Source: a virus
DNA: 64,000 nt
Reading direction: 5' to 3' (one strand)
Virus record (IMG/VR): IMGVR_UViG_3300032315_000633
Span: 3,677-67,676 of that record
The notes beneath the pieces are model-generated. The model saw only the letters and a list, made by a program, of their open reading frames with translations. It had not been told where the DNA came from and did no database searches. This document shows, piece by piece, positions 63,910 to 64,000 of this stretch. How positions within the stretch are numbered: the first letter of the stretch is position 1; each line of letters opens with the position of its first letter. Made by a program: the position numbers and the translations under genes.

Positions 63910-64000
63910 CACGTCAGCGACGACGAGGCGTTCGCGCGCGTGCTCACGTTCTCGGCGACGCCGGAGGGCTTTGGAGCGCTCCGCCGCAGCGCTTACGAGC

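Overview
The window is almost the whole genome of a tailed dsDNA phage with podovirus-like gene content. It appears circularly permuted inside a tail gene, because the gene that starts at 63027 plausibly continues at position 1. Plus-strand blocks hold morphogenesis genes: tail adaptor, two tail fibres, ejection proteins and a 3764-aa polyvalent virion protein (1-20.8 kb), then TerL, portal, scaffold, head-fibre paralogues, a glycosylation cassette, MCP and lysis genes (45.9-64 kb). Minus-strand blocks hold early/host-takeover genes (21.6-32.8 kb: C5 methyltransferase, gp88-like protein, histone-fold-like protein, MoxR AAA + VWA) and replication genes (35.5-45.8 kb: primase-helicase, PolA, SSB-like protein, split Cas4-like nuclease, SF2 helicase, RuvC-like resolvase). 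I saw no integrase, RNA polymerase, tRNA or CRISPR array. The most notable candidate system is the giant virion protein. It appears to carry a sigma70-like r2+r4 unit, a peptidase-like EExxH motif, a HipA/PI3K-like kinase and an ADP-ribosyltransferase-like domain, with some modules delimited by a repeated (I/L)GAA(M/V)P linker. A cluster of small basic proteins sharing MPLGR or RGLGGR termini may be a related packaged cargo. All family assignments come from motif recognition by eye, not database searches.
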